The notes under the pieces are model-generated. The model saw only the letters and a list, made by a program, of their open reading frames with translations, was not told the DNA's origin and did not search any database. The translations under genes were made by a program, and so were the position numbers. Positions 37,451 to 50,822 of a stretch of DNA of 64,000 nucleotides are shown piece after piece. The first letter of the stretch is position 1, and each line of letters begins with the position of its first letter. Source of the stretch: Macrostomum lignano (lineage: Eukaryota); assembly GCA_002269645.1 (NCBI GenBank), contig NIVC01000048.1, forward strand, positions 1-64,000, written 5' to 3'.

Positions 37451-37749
37451 CATACATGCGCAACCTCCAAAATTCGGTCGGCCATGCGACTTAGTTTTAA
37501 CAAAAATGCGACGTAGTTTTTGGCCAAAAATGCGACTTACATGTAAAAAAAACCCTAACGCAAAATTAACGCAACTTTGGGTAAACGGCAGGAGTAACTA
37601 TAACTGTCTTATTAAGTCAAAATGCCTCGTCAGCTACTTAGTACTACTACTTTGCGTTTTTTTCGGGTGGGCATTTTTGCGACTTCCTTGGTTGGCCGCC
37701 AAATCGGTCGGCCGGATCGGCCGACTCGGCCGACTGTTGCGCATGTATG
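37451..37749. mobile_element. 299-bp MITE, probably hAT superfamily
   Basis: Perfect 14-bp TIR CATACATGCGCAAC / GTTGCGCATGTATG and perfect 8-bp TSD GTCAACAA (37443-37450, 37750-37757). Confidence 0.88.
37579..37642 (+). other. 64-bp fragment resembling 28S rDNA around the R2/I-PpoI site (not a functional rRNA gene)
   Basis: Gap-free alignment to recalled eukaryotic LSU GGGTAAACGGCGGGAGTAACTATGACTCTCTTAAGGTAGCCAAATGCCTCGTCATCTAATTAGT, 52 of 64 identical. Confidence 0.8.
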
Positions 37750-39697
37750 GTCAACAATATATTTTTGCTACCAAATTTGCCAAGAAACAGACATTGTTCA
37801 AGAATAACACAAAAGCTAGGTGACTCAATGTACTTAAAGTGTCATTTTGAACCCAAAAAGCTTAGAAAATATCTTGAGAAATATGCAAATTAATCATGTT
37901 TGATCGCGTATCTTGTAGACATAGTAAATACAAGCAAAAGATGCAGCAATAGGTATAGACATAACCCATAGAATGCTTTGGAAGCAAATATCCCTAGAAA
38001 CTAGACTCTGGAAGGTTACATGCATACTAGAAAATTCCGCATACAAATTTTGGCATACAAATTCATGCAATTTTTTGGCATACAAATTTTGGTGAATAAA
38101 TTCATGCCATGCATGAAAATTGTAATATAAATTAATGTTTTTACATAAAGTAAAAGAAAATTTGTATAGTCTAGAAAGTCAGTCAAAAACTTTTTGCTTC
38201 TTATTATTCTTATTGCTAAGAGTGTCAATTTTATATATTTTTTCTATAGGTATCATTTAAGTTTGTGTAAAATGAAAATATTTATAATATTTTAGACTTC
38301 TTATATGAAAGTCCTTCATAGAAAACTCTACTTCTAAAAAACCAAATGACCTTTTGTAAAAGTCAGTAAAAGAATCAACTTCTATCTCAGGCCTTTCCTG
38401 CCTGGCCTTTGCCAATTAGTCATAATTAGGCCTTCCTTAACCACTTAACTTTCAACTATTAGGCAACTATTAGGCACCCTGCCCTTATCTAATTCCCTAT
38501 AAAGTGCATCCCTTCCATGTCAGCATTCTCTAGTTATTAAAACTTTCCACTAGTGCGCCTTATTTCCCAGGCAACTCCGATCGATCACGTAGCCCTCCCT
38601 TAGATTAGTTTAATTATTATAGAGTGTCTTGCCACTTGGACACTACGCAACTAGGAGCAACCTTTAGCTTACTCCTTTTAGTAGTAGAAATTGAATATTT
38701 TCCCCAAATCCTACAAAATTCCCAAAATAATTCTTGTGTCAGTGATAAAATTGAAGTTAGTAACCTAGACCCCTTATACTATTTAGTAACAGCAGTATCA
38801 TCTTCAACAGAGAACAAAAAGGTATGTTACAATATCATTGCAAAGCTAAGACATGCATCAGAAACTGACATAAAAATTATTAATATTATTACCATTACTT
38901 TATAAGTTCTTTGGCATAAGAATTTTTTGTTAGAATGCATGATAAAATTCATTTTGACACACTTTATATTTGTATTAATTATGCTTTTTCTTTAAGACAT
39001 AAATTTTTGTCTCAATTAAATTTTAAAGCTGAATATAATATTATAGTGTCAGATTAGGAATTCATTTTTTGTTTGAATTATCTATTTGAAAGAGAAAATA
39101 TCTGTTGGCAAATGGCAATGCCAATATCTATTGGGGAGGGGGGCAAGGGGGACCCTCATATTTAAGGCACACTAGAATTTTCAAGCAAAAAGGCTACCTA
39201 TTTGACTATGGAGCCTATATTTTAGATAAAAAACTTGCTTAACCCCTCCTGGCAATAGGCCCCTATTCCTGGGTTTCTACTAAAGCCCTAAGGCTAAAGC
39301 CAAGGGGACAATTGCCTGCCTGGCTTAGCCCTTGATATAAATGATATTTGATATTATGATATAACATTGGTTGCTAGGCATAGACAAATTTTTGAAATTC
39401 GTATCGAGAAAGGAATTTCAAAGTAAAAGTTAAACATAATAAAAGTCAAAATAGATAATAAACATTTTAGAAATGAATACAGAACCAAAATTATCTAAAA
39501 AGTGGCCACAAATTTAAATGGTAGATTTTGTTTGACCAATTCCAAGTGAATGTATTGCAAAAATTATGTGAGCAGAAATTATATAATTAACACACATCTT
39601 CTAAATATACTAAATCTCTAATATTTGTTTGTATGTTTGCTTGCTTGCTTGTCCATAACGCTCTAGAGATTGCAATTATATACTAACATTACTATGA

Positions 39698-39790
39698 CTA
39701 GTTAGGTCGAAGTGCAGTCCGGAAAAATTGCCAACGAGGAGCGAAGCGAGCGAAGCGAGCGTAGCTCCTCGTTGGCAATTTTTTCGGACA
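39698..39790 (-). mobile_element. Candidate Helitron-like 3' terminus (hairpin then CTAG|T)
   Basis: Long inverted repeat GTCCGGAAAAATTGCCAACGAGGAGC / GCTCCTCGTTGGCAATTTTTTTCGGAC around GAAGCGAGCGAAGCGAGC, 15 nt from CTAG followed by T on the minus strand. Confidence 0.45.
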
Positions 39791-40805
39791 AACGAGACCG
39801 AGATAAGATGTCCCGGAGACTCCCCCAACGTAAAATCAACGTTTTAGAAAATAAAATTGATGCAGAGTTAAAACCACTTGAGATGAAACCATGTGTGACC
39901 CCTCTATGGACGTAAAACATTTAGGGCTACAAGATGTGTGACGTGAAAGTTCCATAGCAACGCGTCTTGGTTGCCATGGCAACAAAAAAGTGACTTTTTT
40001 TAGACCCGTCCAAATCTTGAATCTCAAAAAATAAGGATTCACAATATGGAGTCAAAAATTGATTGAACCCAACTTTTGGCGAATTTTCAGACCTTCAAGA
40101 CACTGATTGGTTATTTTCCGCTAAATGCTTACCTTGATAGGTAATTCTGTAAAAGTGTGTTTTTTAAGTGTCAAAAAATGCGCATTTTTATCAACTTTCA
40201 ACTGACGCAGCTCAAAGGTCGCGCGTCAGCGCGACCTTTGAGCTGCGTCATTCTAACAATGGCACCTGGGACTCTTACATGACGCACGACTTTAACCAAG
40301 ATACTCACTTTAACTGTACATTCGCACCTGTTAATTACATTCGAATATTCGACGGGTAGGTATTCGAACCGAAATAAAGGAAATTCAACCTTGTTGCGAG
40401 ACTCTAAAAAGTACATGAATGCGGTCATTTAGGTAAGATCTACATGTTTATAATACATTTTGAGCCGTTTCGTTGCACTGACTCTGAGCCATACACTGCT
40501 AAAGTCGATAAACGTGATTTAGGCTATTTTTATGTATTTTTCATGATACAAATGTACAAAAAATAAGAAACGACGACATGCTAGGAAAATCAGACTTTTT
40601 AGGCAAGGTGCACAACTAAATTGCGCACAATATGTATATTTTGAAATTTCGTCTTAGTTTATTGAAGTCGCTGCCGGTACAGAAATGTACTTTAACGACG
40701 GTACGGGGGGCTTGCATATCGAACATACTTTTTAGCCTGTAACTTTTGAGCGGATTACCGGAGCGCGACGCGCTTGGTGTCATTGAACTACATTTTAGAT
40801 GTACT

Positions 40806-41865
40806 TTAATTTGAATGTATGTTCGCTGTCATTGCACGATGCGTTGTACACCTCAGGTCAGGTCACGTGACTTGCTGGAAATGAAATAATGACTTTGTAC
40901 CTATACTAAGGATAGGTGAAGCGTAAGAATGAACCAAAATTTGTACTTATTAGAAACACCTAGATGACTACTGTCAGAAAAAATGATATTCACGTCTGTC
41001 AGTTGCAAAATTTTGTTATAATTGACTTTTAAAATCGAAAAACGTGATTTTGTGCAAAAACAACCTATATGAGCACACATAGGGTGAAAAATTTATTGAT
41101 TTTCGCTATGAGGTTCTTAGCTTCCAAGAGCACTATTGTGCCCAGTAAACACGTACAGATGACTGCTATCTTCGTTAGTGTGCGAAAATTCGTATTTTTA
41201 CGCTAATAACATTTACCGAATTACGAGGTTCCGGTGTTATGCGTTTTTTTGCTATATTTCACGCTGCCATTTATTAACGATGCTACGCCAGGCCTTCAGT
41301 GTGGTGTCAATAGTTAGCATTTAAAAAGTGCTTTAATTTGAGTGTATGTTCGCTGGCATTGCACGATGCGTTGTACACCTCAGGCCAGGTCACGTGACTT
41401 GCTGGAAATGAAATAATGACTTTGTACCTATACTAAGGATAGGTGAAGCATAAGAATGACCCATATTAGTACTTATTAGAAACATCTAGATGAATACTCT
41501 CAGAAAAAGTGACATTCACGTCTGTCAGTTGCAAAAAAAATTTTTAATTGACTCTCAAAATCGAAAAACGTGATTTTGTGCAAAAACAACCCATTTGAGC
41601 ACTACATAGGGCGGAAAATATATTAATTTTCGCTATGAGGTTCTTAGCTTCCAAGAGCACTATTGTGCCCAGTAAACACGTACAGATGACTGCCATCTTC
41701 GTTAGTGTGCGAAAATTCGTATTTTGACGCTATTAACATTTTACCGAATTACGAGGTTCCGGTACTATGCGTTTTTTTGCTATATTTCACGCTGCCATTT
41801 ATTAACTATCCTACGCCAGGCCTTCAGTGTAGTGTCAATAAATAGCATTTAGCAAGTGCTTTAAG
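40806..41865. repeat. Tandem duplication of about 528 bp
   Basis: GTATGTTCGCTG..CATTGCACGATGCGTTGTACACCTCAGG.CAGGTCACGTGACTTGCTGG block recurs near 40815 and 41342 and stays alignable over the full period. Confidence 0.9.
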
Positions 41866-43357
41866 ATGACATCATGCGCATTGCGTTGCGTAAAAGTGTG
41901 GGTCCACAGTTTCGTAACAAGTTAAAATGACCTGATTTCGCAAAAATCTTTAAAACAAAAAATACCAAATAGGTAACTAAAAAGCCTTTTGAAACTGAAT
42001 AAAAAATGCACATAAAAGTGCTATTTTGTAACGTAAAAAGTCTTGCGTCCTGCAAAAATCTTCTATGGTGACTTTTTGGAGCCGTGAAGTGTAAAAACGT
42101 GCGCATTTTTAAAGCTGTTGAACTTACTTTTTGAGGTATATTTTGAAAATAGGCATTTTATAAATTGTATAACAAAATTTAATTGAAGAAAGCAATAAGG
42201 TAAAATAGAATTCGAAATTATTTAATTTTGAAATAATTAAACTGTACATTTCAGTCGTTCTGTTCCTTATAATTTCTACAAAAATTTAAATTTAAATCGG
42301 TTATGTTAACAGTAGTTTATTGCTGTAGGACAAATTTGACCCCAAATTTTCAAAGCAACTTATCTAAGCAAACGCTATCTAAATCTGAAATATTTTCAAG
42401 CTTCAATCTGTAGCTATAATATTCGGTTTTGTTACGCTATTTATTCGTATCCTACTACATTATATATAATTATTGTACAATATATTATATTCTACAAGTA
42501 CAAGTTTTAATTGTAATATATTCAATTGTTATCAGTTTTACACTGTAAGTGTAAGCTTCAAATTTTATTTGAAATATAACTGAAGTATAGTACTTTAATA
42601 TTATTTTATAGCTAATTAATTGTATTCTGCCAAATATTTACGTTTTTTTTCTCTGCTTTGCTTTTTGCTCCATATTTTTATAAATTATAGTCATATTTAC
42701 ATATATCTTTTAAAAGTACTCATCCTTTCACATTTTATTTTGTAGTTATCAGTCAAATTTAACTTGAATTTTCCTTTTGTTTGCATAATTTTGACTTAAG
42801 ACTTTAGTTTTGAAGTAAGTATTCTTTTTATTTCTTCATATGTTTAGCATAGTACAAATATCTGTAGTACTCTGCTTAATGGTAGAAGTTTGTGGACACT
42901 TTTTATAAATTCTGCTCAATTTATTATAAATTTAGCATTTTTGCTAGACAATATATACATGCCAATGCTCCTTATATCAAGCAATGCTTGAAAGTGCTAG
43001 ACACTTAGTTTATGGTGAATTTTTACCAAGGGATGTTTTTTTGCTGATATAGAATTCCTAGAAGCATGTACAAAAACATGGAATATGCCTGAAAAAACTC
43101 TAGAAAATATGCACTAAATCCAAGAAAAAATGTTGAAAGCACAAAAACTACATGGCACACACCGCCTATATGCCAGTATATTATGCTGCAGCATATTAAT
43201 CCACAATCCAGTAGCAGTGCTAGTGTTCGTAGTTTAACTAAATTTGCCACCAGAAAAGAGTTGAGTTAACTTGGTAAAGAGTAGCATGTTTTCTGTGTTT
43301 AGCTAATTAGTTTCTTTATCATTCTGAAATATTTACTAACATGTTTATTTAGACAGG

Positions 43358-43436
43358 ATGGGCAACGACAAAAACAGCATCAAGGACAACACTAGCATTA
43401 ACAAGGATACAAGTGCTTCTTCTGTTGCTGCCAATA
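43358..43436 (+). CDS. Predicted exon 1 of the Helitron-like gene
   Basis: ATG, MGNDKNS..., GTAAG donor, phase 1 matches next exon. Confidence 0.55.
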
Positions 43437-44215
43437 GTAAGTTTTGTACATTTGTTGCAACTTGCAGGTGATAGGTGCTACTTTCAGGAATAGTTTCAAA
43501 GCAATCCTACCTTTATTATTAATATTCACACCTTAGGAAACCAGCTTTTACTAGCATTCTTGGCTGCCCATTTGGGCAACAGACAAACTAAAAAGTTCCT
43601 GCACTACACAATTTATTTACCAAACAATAAATCTCAATTGTTCACACTATAACTCACACTGAATAGTTCACAGGTAATTCTGTAAAAAAGTGTTTTTCAG
43701 ATGTCTAAAAATGTGAATTTTTCAAACTCTTAACTGACGCAGCTCAAATCAATAGTTCACACTCAATAGTTTAGATTGAATAGTTTCGCCTGAATAGTTT
43801 TGACAGACAGAATAATTTCAACTGAATAGTTACAACTGAATAGTTTAGACTTAATAATCTTGACTGAGTAGTTTTGACTGAATAGTGTGAACTCAATAGT
43901 TTCGACTGAGTAGTTTCGACTGAATAGTTTCGACAAAGGGAATAAATTCAATTGGAATCTGACCTTGTTTGACAGATCATTAAAATAATTATAGAAACTC
44001 TATTTTCGAATGTTTAACACCCTTAGAATTTGAGCAGATTTAAGAAATTTTGACCACTGTATAATCAGTGCAAAATCTGCAATAGTTTAGAAAAAACGCT
44101 ATCAAAATTGATCAAGAATGGCACGCTCTAGAGCGAAATAGATGGACAGACATATATATATATATATATATATAGGTAGATTTATAAATTTCTTTTTTAC
44201 TGTGACTTTAAACAG

Positions 44216-44587
44216 GTGCGAAAAAGTGCGGACGGCCGAAGAAGAAAAACTGGAGCCGCTCCAAGAATAATATTAAAGTTGCTGCTGTCGGTGATTTAAC
44301 TGCTGGCGAAGAACAGATTCAAGAGCCAGATGTACAACCGGAAGCTGCTGCTGCCTCTTCTATTGCCGCTGCTGGGACTAAAGCTGGTGCTTCTGCTGAT
44401 GCTGCTGCTAAAACTGAGTCTGTGATTAAGCTGGACGAGGCTGGTCTGGCTGCCCTGCTAGCTGAACATGATGCTGCTCTGGCCGACGCTCTGGCTGCTT
44501 CGGAATACCCCGTGGTCGAAGGTGATGCTGAAGTGCCCAATTCTGGTGCTGCTTACAATGAGCAACTTATAGGCTACTTGAGTGCTG
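44216..44587 (+). CDS. Predicted exon 2 of the Helitron-like gene
   Basis: AG/GT ends, open frame with KKCGRPKKK (AT-hook-like) and Ala/Glu-rich tract, phases 1-1. Confidence 0.7.
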
Positions 44588-44772
44588 GTGAGAGTTTTAT
44601 TTTTTATTGAATTTCTATGCATAGTACAAGTTAATTTTCTTTCTTACATCTGACTTTGCTTGCGAATATTGAAAATTAGATTTTAGTGTTTACGACTTGT
44701 GCAAAATACAATTAATGCTCAATTCCTTAAAATTATCATACCTCACTGTTTAAGAGTTGTATTCTTTTACAG

Positions 44773-47700
44773 ATGAAACAGGTGCTACTGCAATGGATTT
44801 TGCCGAAGGTCATGTAACTGCTGCTGTACAAGTCCAACCTGTATGGGTTCCTTTTTCTTCGTGTCGCGTTGAGAATGTACGAGGTGACGGCAACTGTTTT
44901 TTCACGGCCATATTGAGACAATTACAAGAACTGCCAGGTTTTTCCGCCTATCAATCGCTAAGCGTAGAAGATTTTCGAGATGCGGTTGCTGCAGAATTCG
45001 AGCAATGGGTGCATCGCGATGTCAATAATCAGGAAAGAATTATGCAAACAGGACTGAATTGGGAAAAAGTGCGCGACGATACAAGGCGTCCCCGTATGTA
45101 CGTGCCATGCGGAGTTCCAGAACTAATTGGTGAACTGTTGCGGCTAGAAGTGTTTATTTATCAGTCAAACATGCTTAATCTAGCGCGGCCTGGCCATTAT
45201 TCCCGACCGAATATTGGAGAACGTTTGGCTACTATTCGATTGTTGTTTAATCCTGGTAGTCAACACTACGAAATCGTTCGTGTCAATGATTTGGAAGTTA
45301 ATGAAGCAAGCTCAGTTCGGCCGACTGGCCAAGGAGATTTGAGCGCCAAGAATGTGGAAATGCCCCCTCTCAACGAGAATGTTCATGTTGTCGAAGATCC
45401 TGTTGTAATGATGCCACCTCCAGCTCCACCAATGACGCCTTTTGAAAAGGTTGCAGACTGGACCCGAGTTCAAAGTAGGCATTGGAAGGGACGTTGTAGA
45501 AATCAAGCAAAGTCCTTGGAAAATAATACGAGTTTGTTTGCGCATCCGAATTCATATGAAGTGCTTCGGGATCGGAACAACTCTGTCTGGAATTGGAATG
45601 TCGATCTTGACGCGGAGGATAGCGCAGAGTCAGTTGAAATTGAGCATGTGTCAGAGTCAGTTAAAAGTGATCGTGTGTCAGAGTCCGTGCCATCAAATGT
45701 TCCGCGGCGCAGTCGGCGTAAAAAGGATGTTGGGAAGGCAAGTTGCGCTACGCGTCGGAGTAGTCGACTGAGCGCTAAAGCAAACACATTAGAGTCTGTG
45801 TCTGTTGCAGCCTCTAGTGTATCTGGTCAGAGCTTATTGAGAAGAAGCAGTCGCACTCGGAGAGCACCATGTTGCAGTTGCATCGGTTGTGGCGACTCAG
45901 TTTCGGCGGTTTCAAGCGTTTCTTGCCATTTGGAAAAAGGAAGAGGTCGAGAAAAGAAGAGCGACGTTGTACCAAGTGCTCCTACTCGTCGCAGCGAGCG
46001 TTTGAAAAACCAGCAGCAAGTGGTCAACTATGCAAATTCTTTACCACGGAAACAGAGATTGACAAACGCAGAAAATCATATCTGCGAACCCGTTCGATCG
46101 TCGCCTAGGAAGACGGCACCTTTGCAGCAGGAGCAGCAAGATAAACGTCAGTCTGATAATATTCCAGCTACTTCTACGTATTCATCACCACGAAAGACAC
46201 GTGCTACTCAGGAGAAGCCTGATGAAGCGATCCGTTCGTCACCCAGAAAGCGGCCTACAATGGAGCAGCAGCCAGCTAAAGAAAATGTTCCGCAGAGCAG
46301 CACTTCAGAAGAGAGCGCTCAAGATGCTCCAATTGTTGAAGATGAAATCGGAGATCCTAATCTGCCAAAGTGCCTTCGCAATCCGTTCACAGACCAGTTC
46401 AAAAAGATGAGGCAAGACTTTTTCAATGAAAACATAACAAAAGTATCACATTTGAAACAGTGCTACGTGTGTAGGGAAAAGTTTCCTGGAAAATATTTTA
46501 GCATCGATTCTGAAGACATGTGCGATCGTTGTTTCAGAGATGACAATGAGCCGAAATCGTTTAGCCAAGAAAACAATGCGATTCCGATGTTGGAGCAGCC
46601 AGAAGATTTGCAAGATTTGAGTGTAGCAGAGCAAATGTTGATTTCGCCAGTTTTGTCGGTTATTGTTGTGGTACAAATTTTTCCCCAAAAGCAAACAAAA
46701 TCGAGAGGACACGGAATCATGTTGCCTCAAGATCAGTCGCACGTTTTGCGAGAGCTGCCAAGACGATCTCTGCCAGTTGTTTTAATGTACGACGAAAGAG
46801 CCCGTGTTCAGCCTGGAGAAGCGCAAAGCGGCACAATGAACAATTTGCGAGTTCGACGCGACAAAGTGACTAATGCGATGCGCTATTTAATGGCAAACAA
46901 CAAGTACTTTAGACAGTATCAGGTTTCAATGAATAATGATGCGTTGCTACATCTGCCTGAAGATGGTTATGCTCATCAAGTAGAAGGTATGATTGTCGAA
47001 ATGCAGTCTGACAATGAAGTGAATTTCGAGGCGGCACAGCAAGAAGGCGGCTCAGCCAGAGCTGAGCGATTGCAGCAACAAGTAGAAAAAAATGCGGACG
47101 AGACGAACGAGCTCGAGGAAACAATTAGTTCGCTGTTGGAGACTCCTTTGCGTCGATTGGAATCGGCAGTACGAGACAAATTTTTGAGTGAAAAATTGAA
47201 ATGGCCAGCAAGAAGCAACGAGCCGGTAAACGAATTTCAGGATGAAGGATATTTTACATTGGCTTATCCTCATCTCTTTCCGGATGGAGCAGGAGATTAT
47301 AGTACGCCACGTAATTTTGGACTAAGTTTGGGCGACTATGCAAAGCATTTGATGCAATTCCGGTGTCCAAGATTTCGTACCGATTTGCGGTTTAAATTTT
47401 ACATTGAAAATATGGTGATGCGTTGGAGGGCGCTGGAAGTTGGTCGCGTGTTTGTACACGACAACAAGTATGCTGGATTAAGTGCCAAGGAAATGATTGA
47501 AGCACTAAATGACCCGGCAGTATTGGCTAGCGTGTCAGTTCGAGCATCAGATTTGCGAGGCACAAGCGCTTATTGGCAGAGTAAAGGACGGCAATTGGAA
47601 GCCATGATTCGAACGCTTGGTGTTCCTCATTTTTTCGTGACACTATCGGCAGCAGATGTACATTGGCCAGAGTTGCAGCATGCCTGGGGAATCGATGCAG

Positions 47701-50600
47701 AGCAATATGAAAGCAATGTAGAACTAAGAGCAGAAATGTTGTCAAAGTTGCAAAAAGATCCCGGAATGGCAGACACTGTGTTTTGGTTGCGATTTGAAAC
47801 ATGTTTGAAACGTTTTTTGGTCGAGCACTGGAAAGTAAACGATTATTGGTTTCGCATAGAATATCAGAGTCGCGGAAGTCCACACGTTCACGGTTGCATT
47901 TGGATGCCAGATGGTGTTGATGTGACATCGAATACATTGAATGCAGAAGAATTGACGAGCTTTGTTGACAAGTACATCTGTAGTTGGAATTTGGCCATGG
48001 ACGAATCGTCCAGTCAGCGACCATCCAGTCGGCAACCATCCAGTCACAACCATACGTCCAGTCAGCAACCATCCAGTCAGCAACCATCCAGTCAGCAACC
48101 ATCCATCCATTCAGCAACCATCCAGTCAGCAACCATCCAGTCAGCAACCATCCAGTCAGCAACCATTCGTCCAGCAACCATCCATCCAGTCAGCAACAAT
48201 CCAGTCAGCAACCATCCAGTCAGCAAACATCCATCCAGTCAGCAACCATTCGTCCAGTCAGCATCCATCCAGTCAGCAACCATCCAGTCAGCAACCATCC
48301 AGTCAGCATCCGTCCAGTCAGCAGCCATCCAGTCAGCAACCGTCCATCCAGTCAGCAACAATCCAGTCAGCAATCATCCAGTCAGCAACCATCCAGTCAC
48401 AACCATCCAGTCAGCAGTCATCCAGTCAGCAACCATCCGTCCAGTCAGCAACCATCCGTCCAGTCAGCAATCATCCGTCCAGTCAGCGACCATCCAGTCG
48501 GCAACCATCCAGTCACAACCATACGTCCAGTCAGCAACCATCCAGTCAGCAACCATCCAGTCAGCAACCATCCATCCATTCAGCAACCATCCAGTCAGCA
48601 ACCATCCAGTCAGCAACCATCCAGTCAGCAACCATTCGTCCAGCAACCATCCATCCAGTCAGCAACAATCCAGTCAGCAACCATCCAGTCAGCAACCATC
48701 CAGTCAGCAACCATCCATCCAGTCAGCAACCATCCAGTCAGCAGCCATCCTGTCAGCAGCCATCCAGTCAGCAGCCATCCAGTCAGCAACCGTCCATCCA
48801 GTCAGCACCCATCCAGTCAACAACCATCCAGTCAGCGACCATCCAGTCAGCAACCATCCAGTCAGCAACCATCCAGTCAACAACAGTCCATCCAGTCAGC
48901 AAACATCCATCCAGTCAGCAACCATCCAGTCAACAACAGTCCATCCAGTCAGCAACCATCCATCCAGTCAGCAACAATCCAGTCACAACCATACATCCAG
49001 TCAGCAACCATCCAGTCAGCAACCATCCGTCCAGTCAGCAACCATCCAGTCAGCAGCCATCCTGTCAGCAGCCATCCAGTCAGCAGCCATCCAGTCAGCA
49101 ACCGTCCATCCAGTCAGCACCCATCCAGTCAACAACCATCCAGTCAGCGACCATCCAGTCAGCAACCATCCAGTCAGCAACCATCCAGTCAGCAAACATC
49201 CATCCAGTCAGCAACCATCCAGTCAACAACAGTCCATCAAGTCAGCAACCAATCATCCAGTCAGCAACAATCCAGTCAGCAACAATCCAGTCAGCAACAA
49301 TCCAGTCACAACCATACATCCAGTCAGCAACCATCCAGTCAGCAACCGTCCATCCAGTCAGCAACAATCCAGTCAGCAACAATCCAGTCAGCAACCGTCC
49401 ATCCAGTCAGCAACTATCCAGTCAGCAACCATCCATCCAGTCAGCAACCGTCCAGTCAACAACCATCCAGTCAGCGACCATCCATTCAGCAACCATCCAG
49501 TCAGCAACCATCCAGTCAACAACAGTCCATCCAGTCAGCAACCATCCATCCAGTCAGCAACCATCCAGTCAACAACAGTCCATCCAGTCAGCAACCATCC
49601 ATCCAGTCAGCAACAATCCAGTCACAACCATACATCCAGTCAGCAACCATCCAGTCAGCAACCATCCGTCCAGTCAGCAACCATCCAGTCAGCAGCCATC
49701 CTGTCAGCAGCCATCCAGTCAGCAGCCATCCAGTCAGCAACCGTCCATCCAGTCAGCACCCATCCAGTCAACAACCATCCAGTCAGCGACCATCCAGTCA
49801 GCAACCATCCAGTCAGCAACCATCCAGTCAGCAAACATCCATCCAGTCAGCAACCATCCAGTCAACAACAGTCCATCCAGTCAGCAACCATCCATCCAGT
49901 CAGCAACAATCCAGTCACAACCATACATCCAGTCAGCAACCATCCAGTCAGCAACCGTCCATCCAGTCAGCAACAATCCAGTCAGCAACAATCCAGTCAC
50001 AACCATACATCCAGTCAGCAACCATCCAGTCAGCAACCGTCCATCCAGTCAGCAACAATCCAGTCAGGAACAATCCAGTCAGCAACCATCCAGTCAGCAA
50101 CCATCCAGTCAGCAACCGTCCATCCAGTCAGCAACAATCCAGTCACAACCATCCGTCCAGTCAGCAACCATCCAGTCAGCAAACATCCATCCAGTCGGAA
50201 ACCATCCAGGCAGCAACCATCTAGTCAGCAACCATCCATCGAGTCAGCAACCGTCCAGTCAGCAACCATCCAGTCAGCAGCCATCCTGTCAGCAGCCATC
50301 CAGTCAGCAAACATTCATCCAGTCAGCAACCATCCATCCAGTCAGCACCCATCCAGTCAACAACCATCCAGTCAGCGACCATCCAGTCAGCAACCATCCA
50401 GTCAGCAACCATCCAGTCAGCAAACATCCATCCAGTCAGCAACCATCCAGTCAACAACAGTCCATCCAGTCAGCAACAATCCAGTCAGCAACAATCCAGT
50501 CACAACCATACATCCAGTCAGCAACCATCCAGTCAGCAGCCATCTAGTCAGCAGCCATCGAGTCAGCAGCCATCCAGTGAGCAACCGTCCATCCAGTTAG
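44773..50600 (+). CDS. Helitron-like Rep protein: OTU protease, Cys cluster, HUH nuclease motifs I-II, then satellite-encoded tail; no Tyr motif or helicase
   Basis: VRGDGNCFF..QHYE (OTU); CYVCREKF..MCDRC; AEQMLISP, AYPHLFPDG, LRGTSAYW, PHFFVTLSAADVHWPEL, IEYQSRGSPHVHGCIW. Confidence 0.9.
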
Positions 50601-50822
50601 CAACCATCCAGTCAGCAACAATCCAGTCACAACCATACGTCCAGTCAGCAACCATCCAGTCAGCAACCATCCGTCCAGTCAGCAACCATTCCAGTCAGCA
50701 ACAATCCAGTCACAACCATACGTCCAGTCAGCAACCATCCAGTCAGCAACCGTCCATCCAGTCAGCAACCATCCAGTCAGCAACAATCCAGTCACAACCA
50801 TACGTCCAGTCAACAACCATCC
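48009..50822. repeat. 2.8-kb satellite based on the 15-mer CCAGTCAGCAACCAT
   Basis: Directly visible, with 4-nt CATC insertions and longer repeated blocks. Confidence 0.97.

Noticed and set aside
37579-37642. Functional 28S rRNA gene
   Set aside because: Only 64 bp match and flanks are MITE sequence.
47962-50547. 861-aa and 746-aa ORFs overlapping the Rep ORF
   Set aside because: Alternative frames of the same satellite, no independent coding signal.
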